A stretch of 16,057 bases of DNA, taken from positions 1-16,057 of the forward strand of contig JBMFNT010000018.1 of assembly GCA_049970015.1 (NCBI GenBank), read 5' to 3'. Position numbers and translations under genes: made by a program. The DNA comes from Candidatus Micrarchaeia archaeon (GTDB lineage: Archaea > Micrarchaeota > Micrarchaeia > CAILAH01). Position 1 is the first letter of the stretch. Every line of letters begins with the position of its first letter. This document shows positions 7,790-16,057 of this stretch, piece by piece. Below the pieces are notes generated by a model. That model had not been told where the DNA came from, did no database searches, and saw only the letters and a list, made by a program, of their open reading frames with translations.

Positions 7790-10700
7790 GTTTCAAAAGA
7801 GTTGAAGTACAGCTCGCGCGAGGAACTGCCAACAGAGATAACAATAACAAAACTTCCAGAGCCGTCCAAGCTTGAAACCCCGTTTGAGGTTGAATGCAAG
7901 GATGCTTCATGTGGTGTGGTTGCAAAACAGTATGTGCAAAAGAATAGGAAATGGGAATGTTTTCCAAGGATGAAGGTTGCAAACAATGACCCGATGGGAT
8001 CAACATATGTGGAGATGGAAGGTGGCTACTGTGAACCACTTCCGGCTGCAGACATCCTATGCCTGGACTATGAGTCCAACAACCCAGCAAACCTTGAGGG
8101 TTATTATGAAACAGTACAACCATGCGGGAACTTCATTGGGGTTGGGGTTGGGGTTTCTCTGCCATCTGCACAAAGCCAGGCCTGTGGATCCATAGGAAAT
8201 GGTTATAATTTGTCTGCACTTGCAAACGAGTTTAGAGGGGGTACATACAAAATAGTTGAAGATTGTGAGAATGTGTTTGGGTGCTCATTCACCTGCAAAA
8301 ATGCAGTTTCCTGCGAAGGTAGGTATAAGGAATGTCCTGCAGAGATGCCCATACTCTACCCGTACAACGCAATGCATTTTGCATACAATCCCATAGTAAG
8401 CCAAGGTGAATTACCAAGTGCAACCATAAGAAACCTGCTCAAAGATTACACGTTGATAGGAACGGGTAGTAGTAGTTCAACTAAAGAGAAGTTTGCTCAA
8501 ACTAACGGGCAAAATGGAGGGAGTGAAGGATTTGGTGGTTTCCCAGAGTGCAAGGATGTATGCAGCAATATAAGGAATGTACAGGATAATGAGAGATGCA
8601 AGAAGTGTAGCGATGAGCAGATGGATACGCGCGCAAAAAATGCTGCAGATTCTTCAGTTAACATACAAATAAAACAGAAAGGGTATTCATTTTCTGAACT
8701 GAGCCCAAAAACAGATGATCCATCAAAGAGTGTATGTACAGGATTACACCCATGTGTTGAGATAGACCGTGCAAGGAATGAGACGGGTATAGGATATTTT
8801 GTGTGTCAATCAAGATGTAAGCCGGAGGCAATGCAATACTCTGCATACAGGTGCACGCGTCCCGGTTCAACAGTTGAGTATTATTACACTTACTGTGAAG
8901 AGACTACGGATGAGACAAGCCAGGAAGGTAGCCTTATTTATATAAGCAAGTTTGATGCCTACAAAGCAAAGGCGCTCTTCCAGAATAGAGAGGTTGAGAT
9001 ACCTACGCTCATGCTTGGACAGGGTCCAACATTCGAGGATTACGAGCTTGCAAAGGAATACTGTGCCCCGGCCGACCCTGCTGATGTATTCATAGATGTT
9101 GGTTATTACCCATTCCAGCCAAAGCGTATCACAGTTTTTGAGAATGACACAATATGCTTTACGAACAAGGGTACATCGGCACACATACTGTATACTTCCA
9201 CAAAAAAGAGATACAACATTACGCTTGATGTTGATCAAACAGAGTGTGTGCAGGCAGATGGTAGTTCCAAGCTGCCTATGTATGTTGGTATAAATACCAT
9301 ATATATAGATGATAACCTACCCACAGCAAACCTTACAGTTGAGGTTTTGGAAAGGGCTGGCAGCAAGGCTTACCTTACACATACAGTACTAGGAACATTT
9401 ATTGCGGGCAGAGGCCTTGGTGAGAGTAAGTTTATGTATAAGGGTAAGGTTGAGATGCCTTTGGAGTATACATCGGCACAGGTTTATGATAAAGTCAATG
9501 CAACATTCCTGTGTGCGGGCATGCCTTCAACCCCAGGTGGAAGTGTTTCATTCTCACAATGTGCCAGGAAAATATCTGATGATATAGATTGGGGTACTGT
9601 GCAACAGCAGGATGAGAAAAACTTGGACTCGTTTATTTCCCAATACTCATTTTTTGTGGCCCCATACCGTGAAGGTGAGTTTTACATAATACCAGATGAG
9701 GTTAGCATAGTTTCCTATGGTAACGGTAATGGATTTTCGCTCGCAAAGGATGAGAACAATCATCTAATGCTGGTTGCCACTAACGATACCAGGCTAGAGG
9801 TAGAGAGTATGTTGTGGCCAAACGCAATACGCATGACAAAAAACAGCCCGCTATGCATAGAGAATACCCTTCCGGAATCGTTTGGTGCACGAAACATTGT
9901 GCTTGAAAGAAAGACTTCACCCAAAGGAGATTACACGTTTGTTGATGCTAAAAAAACATTGCGCGGTGCAAGCTGCTGTTTTATAATAAATGAGTCTGGC
10001 GTGTACAGGTTGCGGGATGAGAATGAGTATGACCCCAACTATATGGGGTATGTTGTTGTATATCCCGCAGGTGCAGACCAGCAGGTTGATGTTTATGATC
10101 CAAACTTTAACCCGCAATCCGTGCTTGCAAAGGAGGATGATTACCTGTGTTTCAGGAATGAGCACGCTGAGGATAGAAACATTTCACAGGTGGGTGGCAC
10201 AATGAAGTTTAATGTGCCTGCACAGAAGACCACATGTACTTATAAGATTACAGAAAAAGAGGGCAGTTATGATTTTGTTGATGATCTAACCGGAGCCTGG
10301 TTGCATGTTGCAGTTGCAACAAATGATACGTTATACATTACAGTTTATCAAGGTGGTGCATTATACTCAATAGATGACCAGGTTGCATCAAGTGGGAATA
10401 TATGCTTTAATTCAGAATCGACAAATGTAACTAATGTCCATTATAAGCTTATTACGCAGTCCAAGGATATAAAACCGGAAAACATACTCACTGGTGCAAC
10501 GGTGTCAATACCCCCCATGAGTTCTCGATGCATAAAAGCGCCAGCTGAAGGACTTTATGCATTTACAAGCGAGCAAATGAACAGTTCTCTTGTGCTTGCA
10601 GCTGTTGGGCCGGAGAGCAAGGCGTACATAGTGAATGGGAGACAGATCCCATACATTGTGAAACAGAAAACCCAGCTTACTCTTCCTACCGAGGGGATTA

Positions 10701-13700
10701 AGTATAGTGAGCTGTTCATTGGTGAGCATCTCGTAAATATAACAAACCTTGATGATACGGAATATGACCTTTATTCAGTGTTCAATATATACAACTGTAC
10801 TGGGATACCTCAATCTTTCAGGCCGACCACATCAAAGGTTGCATTCAGCAATCCGACAGAAATAAATGTGAAAATTACCTGGGAAGGTGGAAGCGTAAAT
10901 GTGTCTGCAAAAAATATCACATTCTATGACTTTGGCAATAAAGAAGTTTATACATTCACGCTTAAGGATCCGCAACTCCTGAACTGCATATGCAATACCT
11001 CCTACAAGGGTGAAGAGTATTACAAGCATTGCAGTATAAATGCAAGCAGTAAGACGGAAGTTTATTGGACCGATAAGCTCAAAGTTGCTAACACAAGCCA
11101 GAGTAATGGCACAACGCTATCTCCACAGAAAACAATAGTTTACGATGCAAAGGCTGGCTCGTACACAGTAGACTTGTTTAATGGAACTTCACGAGTTGGT
11201 ACTATCAACATAGATGTTAGCACAACTGCTACAAAGGATGTGCTGAAAAAAATAGGCTCTGCTATAGATGAACCTATAGATTTTGGTGTGCAGGTAACCT
11301 CTGGAAAGCTTTCTGATGATGAGATAATGCACATGAAAAAGATGCTTGCATATGACAAGTCGCTGCCCATGGTTTTGTTCAGTACTGTTGGGGATGTGAG
11401 GGTTGAGGTGGTTGACCCTTACTCTAATGAAAACTATTCGTTCCCTTCCGGTACAAGGGTGCATGTTTACACCTCTGACAATGTTGCAAGAGAGGAGGTT
11501 ACCCCTCCAAGCAGTTTCCCATCTGATTTGGTTACTCACAACTACACTGAAAATGGTATACATAAGAAGGAATGGAATTTCACGCTTTCTGAGAATGACA
11601 AGTATGTCTTTGAGATAAATAAAGGTAATGGGAAGAAAAAGGTTGAGGTCTCAAGCGTTCCACAGGTTGTGGAAGTCAACTTTACATATGTGCGCTCAAA
11701 AACAATCCCATCGAAATCGGGTAATGACTATGTGCTCCGTGTAAGAAATCTTGCATATGAGCCAAGGCCTATACTTTTCAGGCCAAATGAGAGTGTTATA
11801 GAAGGGTTGTGCCAAAAAGTAGTGCTTAATAAAACATATACTTTGAATTCAGTCCGGTCATTTCTTGAAGGTAGGATATATCACAATAGGAGTAGTATTG
11901 ATAATATTGAAGATCATGACAAGTTGTATGAGTTTGAGAAGTTTAGCCAGGGAGATGTAACTGAGTTATATCTTTTAGATAATATGGGGTATCAGATGAG
12001 TGGTCAGAAAATCGATTACCCCCCAGATAATGATTTAATGTTGTGCTATGATTCAGTGAATAGGGTCCAAAACTCATACGCTGATAAGGTTGGCGGGTAT
12101 GTTGATGAAAAGGGTTGCTTGATAAAGGGAAGTGCCGCGGGGTATGACCTAAGCCAACAAATAGGTGTTTACAGAATACTTGATAATAATTCTAATATTC
12201 GAGCTAATATACAAGTTGTTGTAGGAGAAAATGGAAATGCCCAAACTGATGCAGCAGTGGCACACATATGGCCCACATTAAATTCAAGTTATAAGCCAGA
12301 TACCTCTGGGGCATTGTGTTATGGTGATAAGTATTTCATGCCGAGTGCTTTTGAGATAAAAGGACAACAAGAACCGGTTACAGTTAGATGGTGGAATGAT
12401 AAGCAGAAGAACAATTGGAAAGGGCTTCCAAGGTTCCTTGTTCTTGCTGCAGAAGGTTCTATGTTTATTGGTATTGAAAAAAATGATGATTGCACATGTG
12501 CCCCCGGGAAATGTGGTGATTGTGAAAATGGCTTTACTGTGCTTCCATATGAAATTAAATGGGTTTCTGATGGTCAGATAGATTGTTCAGAGTATAGTAA
12601 TAAATGCAATGAAATTCAGGGCATGTGTAAAAACAATGCTGGATCTAGTTTTGGGTTCGCCAATAAAAAGTGTAATAATCATGATGATAATGGCAATTGC
12701 ATAGAATGGAAGTATTATAACAGGTTTAAGGTGAATTGTGATTCTGATGGAGAACCTAAAGTATATTTTTATTCATCCTCTTCTATCGATGCAAAAAAAG
12801 AGCTCAGATCACCAGAGTTTAGGTATTACATGCCGTACAAATCATGTGATAAAGGTCAATTCTATAATTTCTCTATTTATAATGGTTCTGGTTCTTCTGC
12901 CTCACCACCACTATACAAATATACTTTGTGGCCTGTAAATGGCATGCTCGCAAAAAATAAGCCAACAATAACATTAGAGAGTGGTGACTTACTTGCACCT
13001 ACTCGAATAAGATTCTGGAGGGAGGATCCGTCTGGGCAGAGCCCTGGTGTGTATGAACCTATGGGCTTATGGGATGGCAAATTCGCATTAGACTGTTATG
13101 TTGATTACTTCCAAAGTGAATCAGGAATAGCGTTCCATCCTCATGAGGAGATTGGTGATGTTGGTGGATGTGATGATTGCAATAATGAGGGATGTGTTGT
13201 AAATAATTCGGATGAGTGGGATTCCTACATATCTCCACCAGATAATAACTATGACTTTATACAAATATTAGATAGTGAGGATTGTGTGGTATGTAGTGGC
13301 GATGAAACGTGCGATCCACAGGAAGATGAATGTAAGTGCGGGGAAGAAAACTGCAAGCCCCAGACAGCAGTGGTTTATATACCAACTGCATCAGGCTATG
13401 GGGGTGTGACAAATACGGGTAGCATAAGCAGTAATTGCAAGGGTAATTCAATGTATGTTCCAACGGATGAGGATGAGAAGAATTTGTACTATCAAGAGGA
13501 ATGGAACTATGGCCTGCTTGATATATGGAAGCCAACATCTAATTGGCAAATAGTCCAATACTTTGGAGACGAAGACTTGCCGGCAGTTAACTTTATGGAC
13601 TGCGAAAATACAATTGATGTAAAGGAATTGAGTGGGACAGCATCATCCGCTACTAATATAGCTCCAAATGCAAAAGAATCACTTTGTGCAAAAACAAGAG

Positions 13701-16057
13701 AAAGTTTCACAAACCCTGTGATATTCATGCATAATGAGATTTCAAAACTGGGTATATACTTGAACCCACAACCCGGTGAAAAACCATCTGTTAAGGATGT
13801 TGCATATGTATTAGGAAGCCAATTTAAGATAACAAAAGGTGTAGTGGATAAAAAATGGTTGTGCTACGGATCAAGCACATATGATGGTGAAGAGACAATA
13901 CTTGCACCACAAGGAATGCGATTCTTCTATCCACAGGGCATAACAACATATGCATTGTATGAATCTCCTGTATACAATTTGCAATTAGATGGTAGCACAA
14001 GCATAACACACCTATCTCCTTTCTCAAAACAGCTCAGCCAGAATAGGATAACTTCTCTTAACATGAAAGTACCAACCCTGAACACTGGCATACGCAATAT
14101 GGGCACAGAGATTAAGGAAGAAGACTATGCTGAGGTTGTGCTCTATAACATGACAATAGAAGGGACTGATGAGGTAAATATCTTAGATGGTGGAGAGTTC
14201 ATACTTAGGAATAAAGGAGATACATCAGTGACCTGGTACTATGGCAGGCTTGACTGCGGCTCATCCGGCACGATTGAGGATGCAATAAACTACATACAAA
14301 CATCATCTCAAAATTGTAGTAATAACGGTTGTAAGAATGTGCTGGAACCTAAATATTCGTTTGCTCCATCAGATATGGCAGAAAGGCTCAAAGAGTATGC
14401 TAATAACAAGAGTGATAAGTATGATCTGAGATATATTACAATAAAACCAAATAGCATGCAATCATTTTCACTTGCAAACAAGCTTTTTGAATGGGGTACA
14501 CAGAACAAAAACTTAGATAAAATAGAGTACTTGTTCTATCACCCGGAGTCTGGCAAGCGCATAAAGGTTACAATCTCGCGTGTGGTACAAGATGTACCCC
14601 TTAAGATAAGCTCATTTAACCCGAATGAAGTCTTTGCGCAGGAGGGCTCACGTGTATGTTTCCTGAACAAGGATAATAAAGAAAGAATAGTGAAAAAGAC
14701 AGTAGATGGGACCAGTGAGGATATTAAGATAGATTCTGGGGCAGTTGCATGCGAGGATGTTTCCAAGTCTAAGTTTACGGATGATAAGTTGAACTCTGAA
14801 TTGAAAATAATCCCAGTTTCTTTTGGTTCAGAGCAATCCTTTACATTGCTTGGCAATATCACAGAACAAGTTACAAGAGTAGGCTCGGCATATGAAAATC
14901 CTTTGTATGAATCACTGGTACTGAACCCGGATGCCCCGGCCACACCTGCCATAATATCAACTGAAATGCTTGATATAAGTGTAGTAAATAATAGTGTAAA
15001 AGATATTGCAGGAAAAATAGCACAACAGAGTAATGTTATAAGCAATGTATGCAACCGCAAGATAACAAGGAATGTATGTTCTAATGATGCTATTGCTTCT
15101 GAAGAGATATTCATTGGAGATAGTGAATATCTGCTTGGAACGGTTGAAGTAGATGGAAAAAAGACCGATATAACTGTGAATGCCACAAAATGCGTTAAAA
15201 TGCTTCCAATCCTGATAAGGCTCAATTCTGATAAGAATATATCCAGTGAGGATATAAATAAAATTAAATCATTGGTTGATGAAGCTGTTAAACAGGGTGC
15301 AAAGATTGATGCACTGGTATTTGTACTGCTTGTTGATGACACTGGTAGGAATTATCGTGGCAAATGCTCCCTACAAAACTATTTCAAAGGGCTCGAAAAC
15401 ATATCAAGACAAGTACTGTGGGAGGATTATTCAAAGAAGAATGAATACTACATGAACCACAAGATATATTCGTTTGTTCTTTTAGGTATTAATTTCAAGG
15501 ATGTGACAAGGGATGAATCATGCTGGTCATATGAAGAACTGAGAGATCAAACGAGTAGATTGCTTTCTGAAGAGGTTCCAACCATGATAGGTAGTGGTAT
15601 AATAGGCCTTGGCCAGTACTGTTTGGTAGATAAGTCATGTTATCCGATTTCTACTGGGATCAAGAATGGAGATTACGGTCTAATGTATTCACCTGATAAG
15701 GATTATTTCATACCATGGAGCGGGTGGCAGTATACGCTTAGAGATAGGTATCTTAGCGAACTTATCAAAAAATCGTATGGCATCGGCGGTCTTGGTGCAT
15801 TGGGTATAGGCACAAGCGGAGGTATAAGTGGTATGGGTATATTCGGTGGTACTGGTGGAATTACCAGTGGCATGGGCGGTTCTAACATACTGGGTGGTAC
15901 TGGTGGAATTACCAGTGGCATGGGCGGTTCTAATATACTGGGTGGTACTGGTGGAATCACCAGTGGCATGGGCGGTTCTAACATACTGGGTGGTACTGGT
16001 GGAATCACCAGTGGTATGGGCGGTTCTAACATACTAGGTGGTATAAGCGGTACAAGT
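7715..16057 (+). CDS. Giant multi-domain cell-surface (lipo)glycoprotein, at least 2781 aa, 3' end truncated by the window
   Basis: Manual translation of frame +2 from ATG 7715 (GAGGA at 7704-7708 upstream) finds no stop to 16057. The supplied track lists no frame +2 ORF in this span, as expected if no stop occurs. The N-terminus is MGVHTFKNHMFLVLIVFTSIFILGC, and the protein has many Cys and N-x-S/T sequons. Confidence 0.93.
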   Translation, partial: MGVHTFKNHMFLVLIVFTSIFILGCVSKELKYSSREELPTEITITKLPEPSKLETPFEVECKDASCGVVAKQYVQKNRKWECFPRMKVANNDPMGSTYVEMEGGYCEPLPAADILCLDYESNNPANLEGYYETVQPCGNFIGVGVGVSLPSAQSQACGSIGNGYNLSALANEFRGGTYKIVEDCENVFGCSFTCKNAVSCEGRYKECPAEMPILYPYNAMHFAYNPIVSQGELPSATIRNLLKDYTLIGTGSSSSTKEKFAQTNGQNGGSEGFGGFPECKDVCSNIRNVQDNERCKKCSDEQMDTRAKNAADSSVNIQIKQKGYSFSELSPKTDDPSKSVCTGLHPCVEIDRARNETGIGYFVCQSRCKPEAMQYSAYRCTRPGSTVEYYYTYCEETTDETSQEGSLIYISKFDAYKAKALFQNREVEIPTLMLGQGPTFEDYELAKEYCAPADPADVFIDVGYYPFQPKRITVFENDTICFTNKGTSAHILYTSTKKRYNITLDVDQTECVQADGSSKLPMYVGINTIYIDDNLPTANLTVEVLERAGSKAYLTHTVLGTFIAGRGLGESKFMYKGKVEMPLEYTSAQVYDKVNATFLCAGMPSTPGGSVSFSQCARKISDDIDWGTVQQQDEKNLDSFISQYSFFVAPYREGEFYIIPDEVSIVSYGNGNGFSLAKDENNHLMLVATNDTRLEVESMLWPNAIRMTKNSPLCIENTLPESFGARNIVLERKTSPKGDYTFVDAKKTLRGASCCFIINESGVYRLRDENEYDPNYMGYVVVYPAGADQQVDVYDPNFNPQSVLAKEDDYLCFRNEHAEDRNISQVGGTMKFNVPAQKTTCTYKITEKEGSYDFVDDLTGAWLHVAVATNDTLYITVYQGGALYSIDDQVASSGNICFNSESTNVTNVHYKLITQSKDIKPENILTGATVSIPPMSSRCIKAPAEGLYAFTSEQMNSSLVLAAVGPESKAYIVNGRQIPYIVKQKTQLTLPTEGIKYSELFIGEHLVNITNLDDTEYDLYSVFNIYNCTGIPQSFRPTTSKVAFSNPTEINVKITWEGGSVNVSAKNITFYDFGNKEVYTFTLKDPQLLNCICNTSYKGEEYYKHCSINASSKTEVYWTDKLKVANTSQSNGTTLSPQKTIVYDAKAGSYTVDLFNGTSRVGTINIDVSTTATKDVLKKIGSAIDEPIDFGVQVTSGKLSDDEIMHMKKMLAYDKSLPMVLFSTVGDVRVEVVDPYSNENYSFPSGTRVHVYTSDNVAREEVTPPSSFPSDLVTHNYTENGIHKKEWNFTLSENDKYVFEINKGNGKKKVEVSSVPQVVEVNFTYVRSKTIPSKSGNDYVLRVRNLAYEPRPILFRPNESVIEGLCQKVVLNKTYTLNSVRSFLEGRIYHNRSSIDNIEDHDKLYEFEKFSQGDVTELYLLDNMGYQMSGQKIDYPPDNDLMLCYDSVNRVQNSYADKVGGYVDEKGCLIKGSAAGYDLSQQIGVYRILDNNSNIRANIQVVVGENGNAQTDAAVAHIWPTLNSSYKPDTSGALCYGDKYFMPSAFEIKGQQEPVTVRWWNDKQKNNWKGLPRFLVLAAEGSMFIGIEKNDDCTCAPGKCGDCENGFTVLPYEIKWVSDGQIDCSEYSNKCNEIQGMCKNNAGSSFGFANKKCNNHDDNGNCIEWKYYNRFKVNCDSDGEPKVYFYSSSSIDAKKELRSPEFRYYMPYKSCDKGQFYNFSIYNGSGSSASPPLYKYTLWPVNGMLAKNKPTITLESGDLLAPTRIRFWREDPSGQSPGVYEPMGLWDGKFALDCYVDYFQSESGIAFHPHEEIGDVGGCDDCNNEGCVVNNSDEWDSYISPPDNNYDFIQILDSEDCVVCSGDETCDPQEDECKCGEENCKPQTAVVYIPTASGYGGVTNTGSISSNCKGNSMYVPTDEDEKNLYYQEEWNYGLLDIWKPTSNWQIVQYFGDEDLPAVNFMDCENTIDVKELSGTASSATNIAPNAKESLCAKTRESFTNPVIFMHNEISKLGIYLNPQPGEKPSVKDVAYVLGSQFKITKGVVDKKWLCYGSSTYDGEETILAPQGMRFFYPQGITTYALYESPVYNLQLDGSTSITHLSPFSKQLSQNRITSLNMKVPTLNTGIRNMGTEIKEEDYAEVVLYNMTIEGTDEVNILDGGEFILRNKGDTSVTWYYGRLDCGSSGTIEDAINYIQTSSQNCSNNGCKNVLEPKYSFAPSDMAERLKEYANNKSDKYDLRYITIKPNSMQSFSLANKLFEWGTQNKNLDKIEYLFYHPESGKRIKVTISRVVQDVPLKISSFNPNEVFAQEGSRVCFLNKDNKERIVKKTVDGTSEDIKIDSGAVACEDVSKSKFTDDKLNSELKIIPVSFGSEQSFTLLGNITEQVTRVGSAYENPLYESLVLNPDAPATPAIISTEMLDISVVNNSVKDIAGKIAQQSNVISNVCNRKITRNVCSNDAIASEEIFIGDSEYLLGTVEVDGKKTDITVNATKCVKMLPILIRLNSDKNISSEDINKIKSLVDEAVKQGAKIDALVFVLLVDDTGRNYRGKCSLQNYFKGLENISRQVLWEDYSKKNEYYMNHKIYSFVLLGINFKDVTRDESCWSYEELRDQTSRLLSEEVPTMIGSGIIGLGQYCLVDKSCYPISTGIKNGDYGLMYSPDKDYFIPWSGWQYTLRDRYLSELIKKSYGIGGLGALGIGTSGGISGMGIFGGTGGITSGMGGSNILGGTGGITSGMGGSNILGGTGGITSGMGGSNILGGTGGITSGMGGSNILGGISGTS
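15845..16043 (+). repeat. 48-bp coding tandem repeat x4 encoding GGTGGITSGMGGSNIL
   Basis: Units start at 15845, 15893, 15941 and 15989, with a partial unit at 16037. All differences are synonymous in frame +2 (att/atc, ggc/ggt, aac/aat, ctg/cta). Confidence 0.97.

Noticed and set aside
932..7986. Minus-strand and alternate-frame short ORFs over the membrane protein genes
   Set aside because: They are shadows of the paralogous + strand genes and have no recognisable motifs.
8138..8155. (GGGGTT)x3 as a G-quadruplex, telomere-like or slippage site
   Set aside because: There are only three G-tracts, in frame and encoding GVGVGV, which is too short to support a function.
9083..10318. Blue-copper redox protein or multicopper oxidase
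   Set aside because: The cupredoxin-like modules lack the Cys/His/Met type-1 copper ligands and HxH motifs.
12590..12730. AAY-rich stretch as a diversity-generating retroelement variable region
   Set aside because: No matching template repeat or reverse transcriptase is in the window, and the stretch is mid-gene.
7776..16037. Numerous 60-270 aa ORFs in the track, including 14539-15342 (-), 15703-16032 (-, Pro-rich) and 15828-16037 (+)
   Set aside because: All lie within the continuous frame +2 giant ORF. The repeat variation is synonymous in frame +2, so the Pro-rich and Val/Trp-rich readings are by-products.

Overview
Archaeal-looking window with all genes on the + strand. The DPANN/Micrarchaeota-like assignment is inferred from GGTG-type ribosome-binding sites, a TATA box, dense N-glycosylation sequons and recalled similarity, not from a search. 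It opens with about 2.85 copies of an 81-bp tandem repeat and a TATA-like element. A tightly coupled apparent operon follows. First come six divergent paralogous polytopic membrane proteins (276-6974) sharing three motifs that resemble the CedA/TedA/VirB6 class of secretion or DNA-transfer channel subunits. Next is a membrane-anchored glycoprotein (6971-7702). Last is a giant ORF missing from the supplied track because it has no stop in the window (7715 to beyond 16057, at least 2781 aa). That ORF has a lipobox-like signal, Cys-rich segments, several copper-less cupredoxin-like repeats, a lower-GC Cys-rich central module, a glycoside-hydrolase-like alpha/beta segment and a 48-bp Gly-rich repeat. 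The best hypothesis is an uncharacterised heteromeric membrane channel plus giant surface adhesin, i.e. a cell-contact apparatus. No ATPase, pilin, RNA gene, CRISPR array or mobile element is visible.
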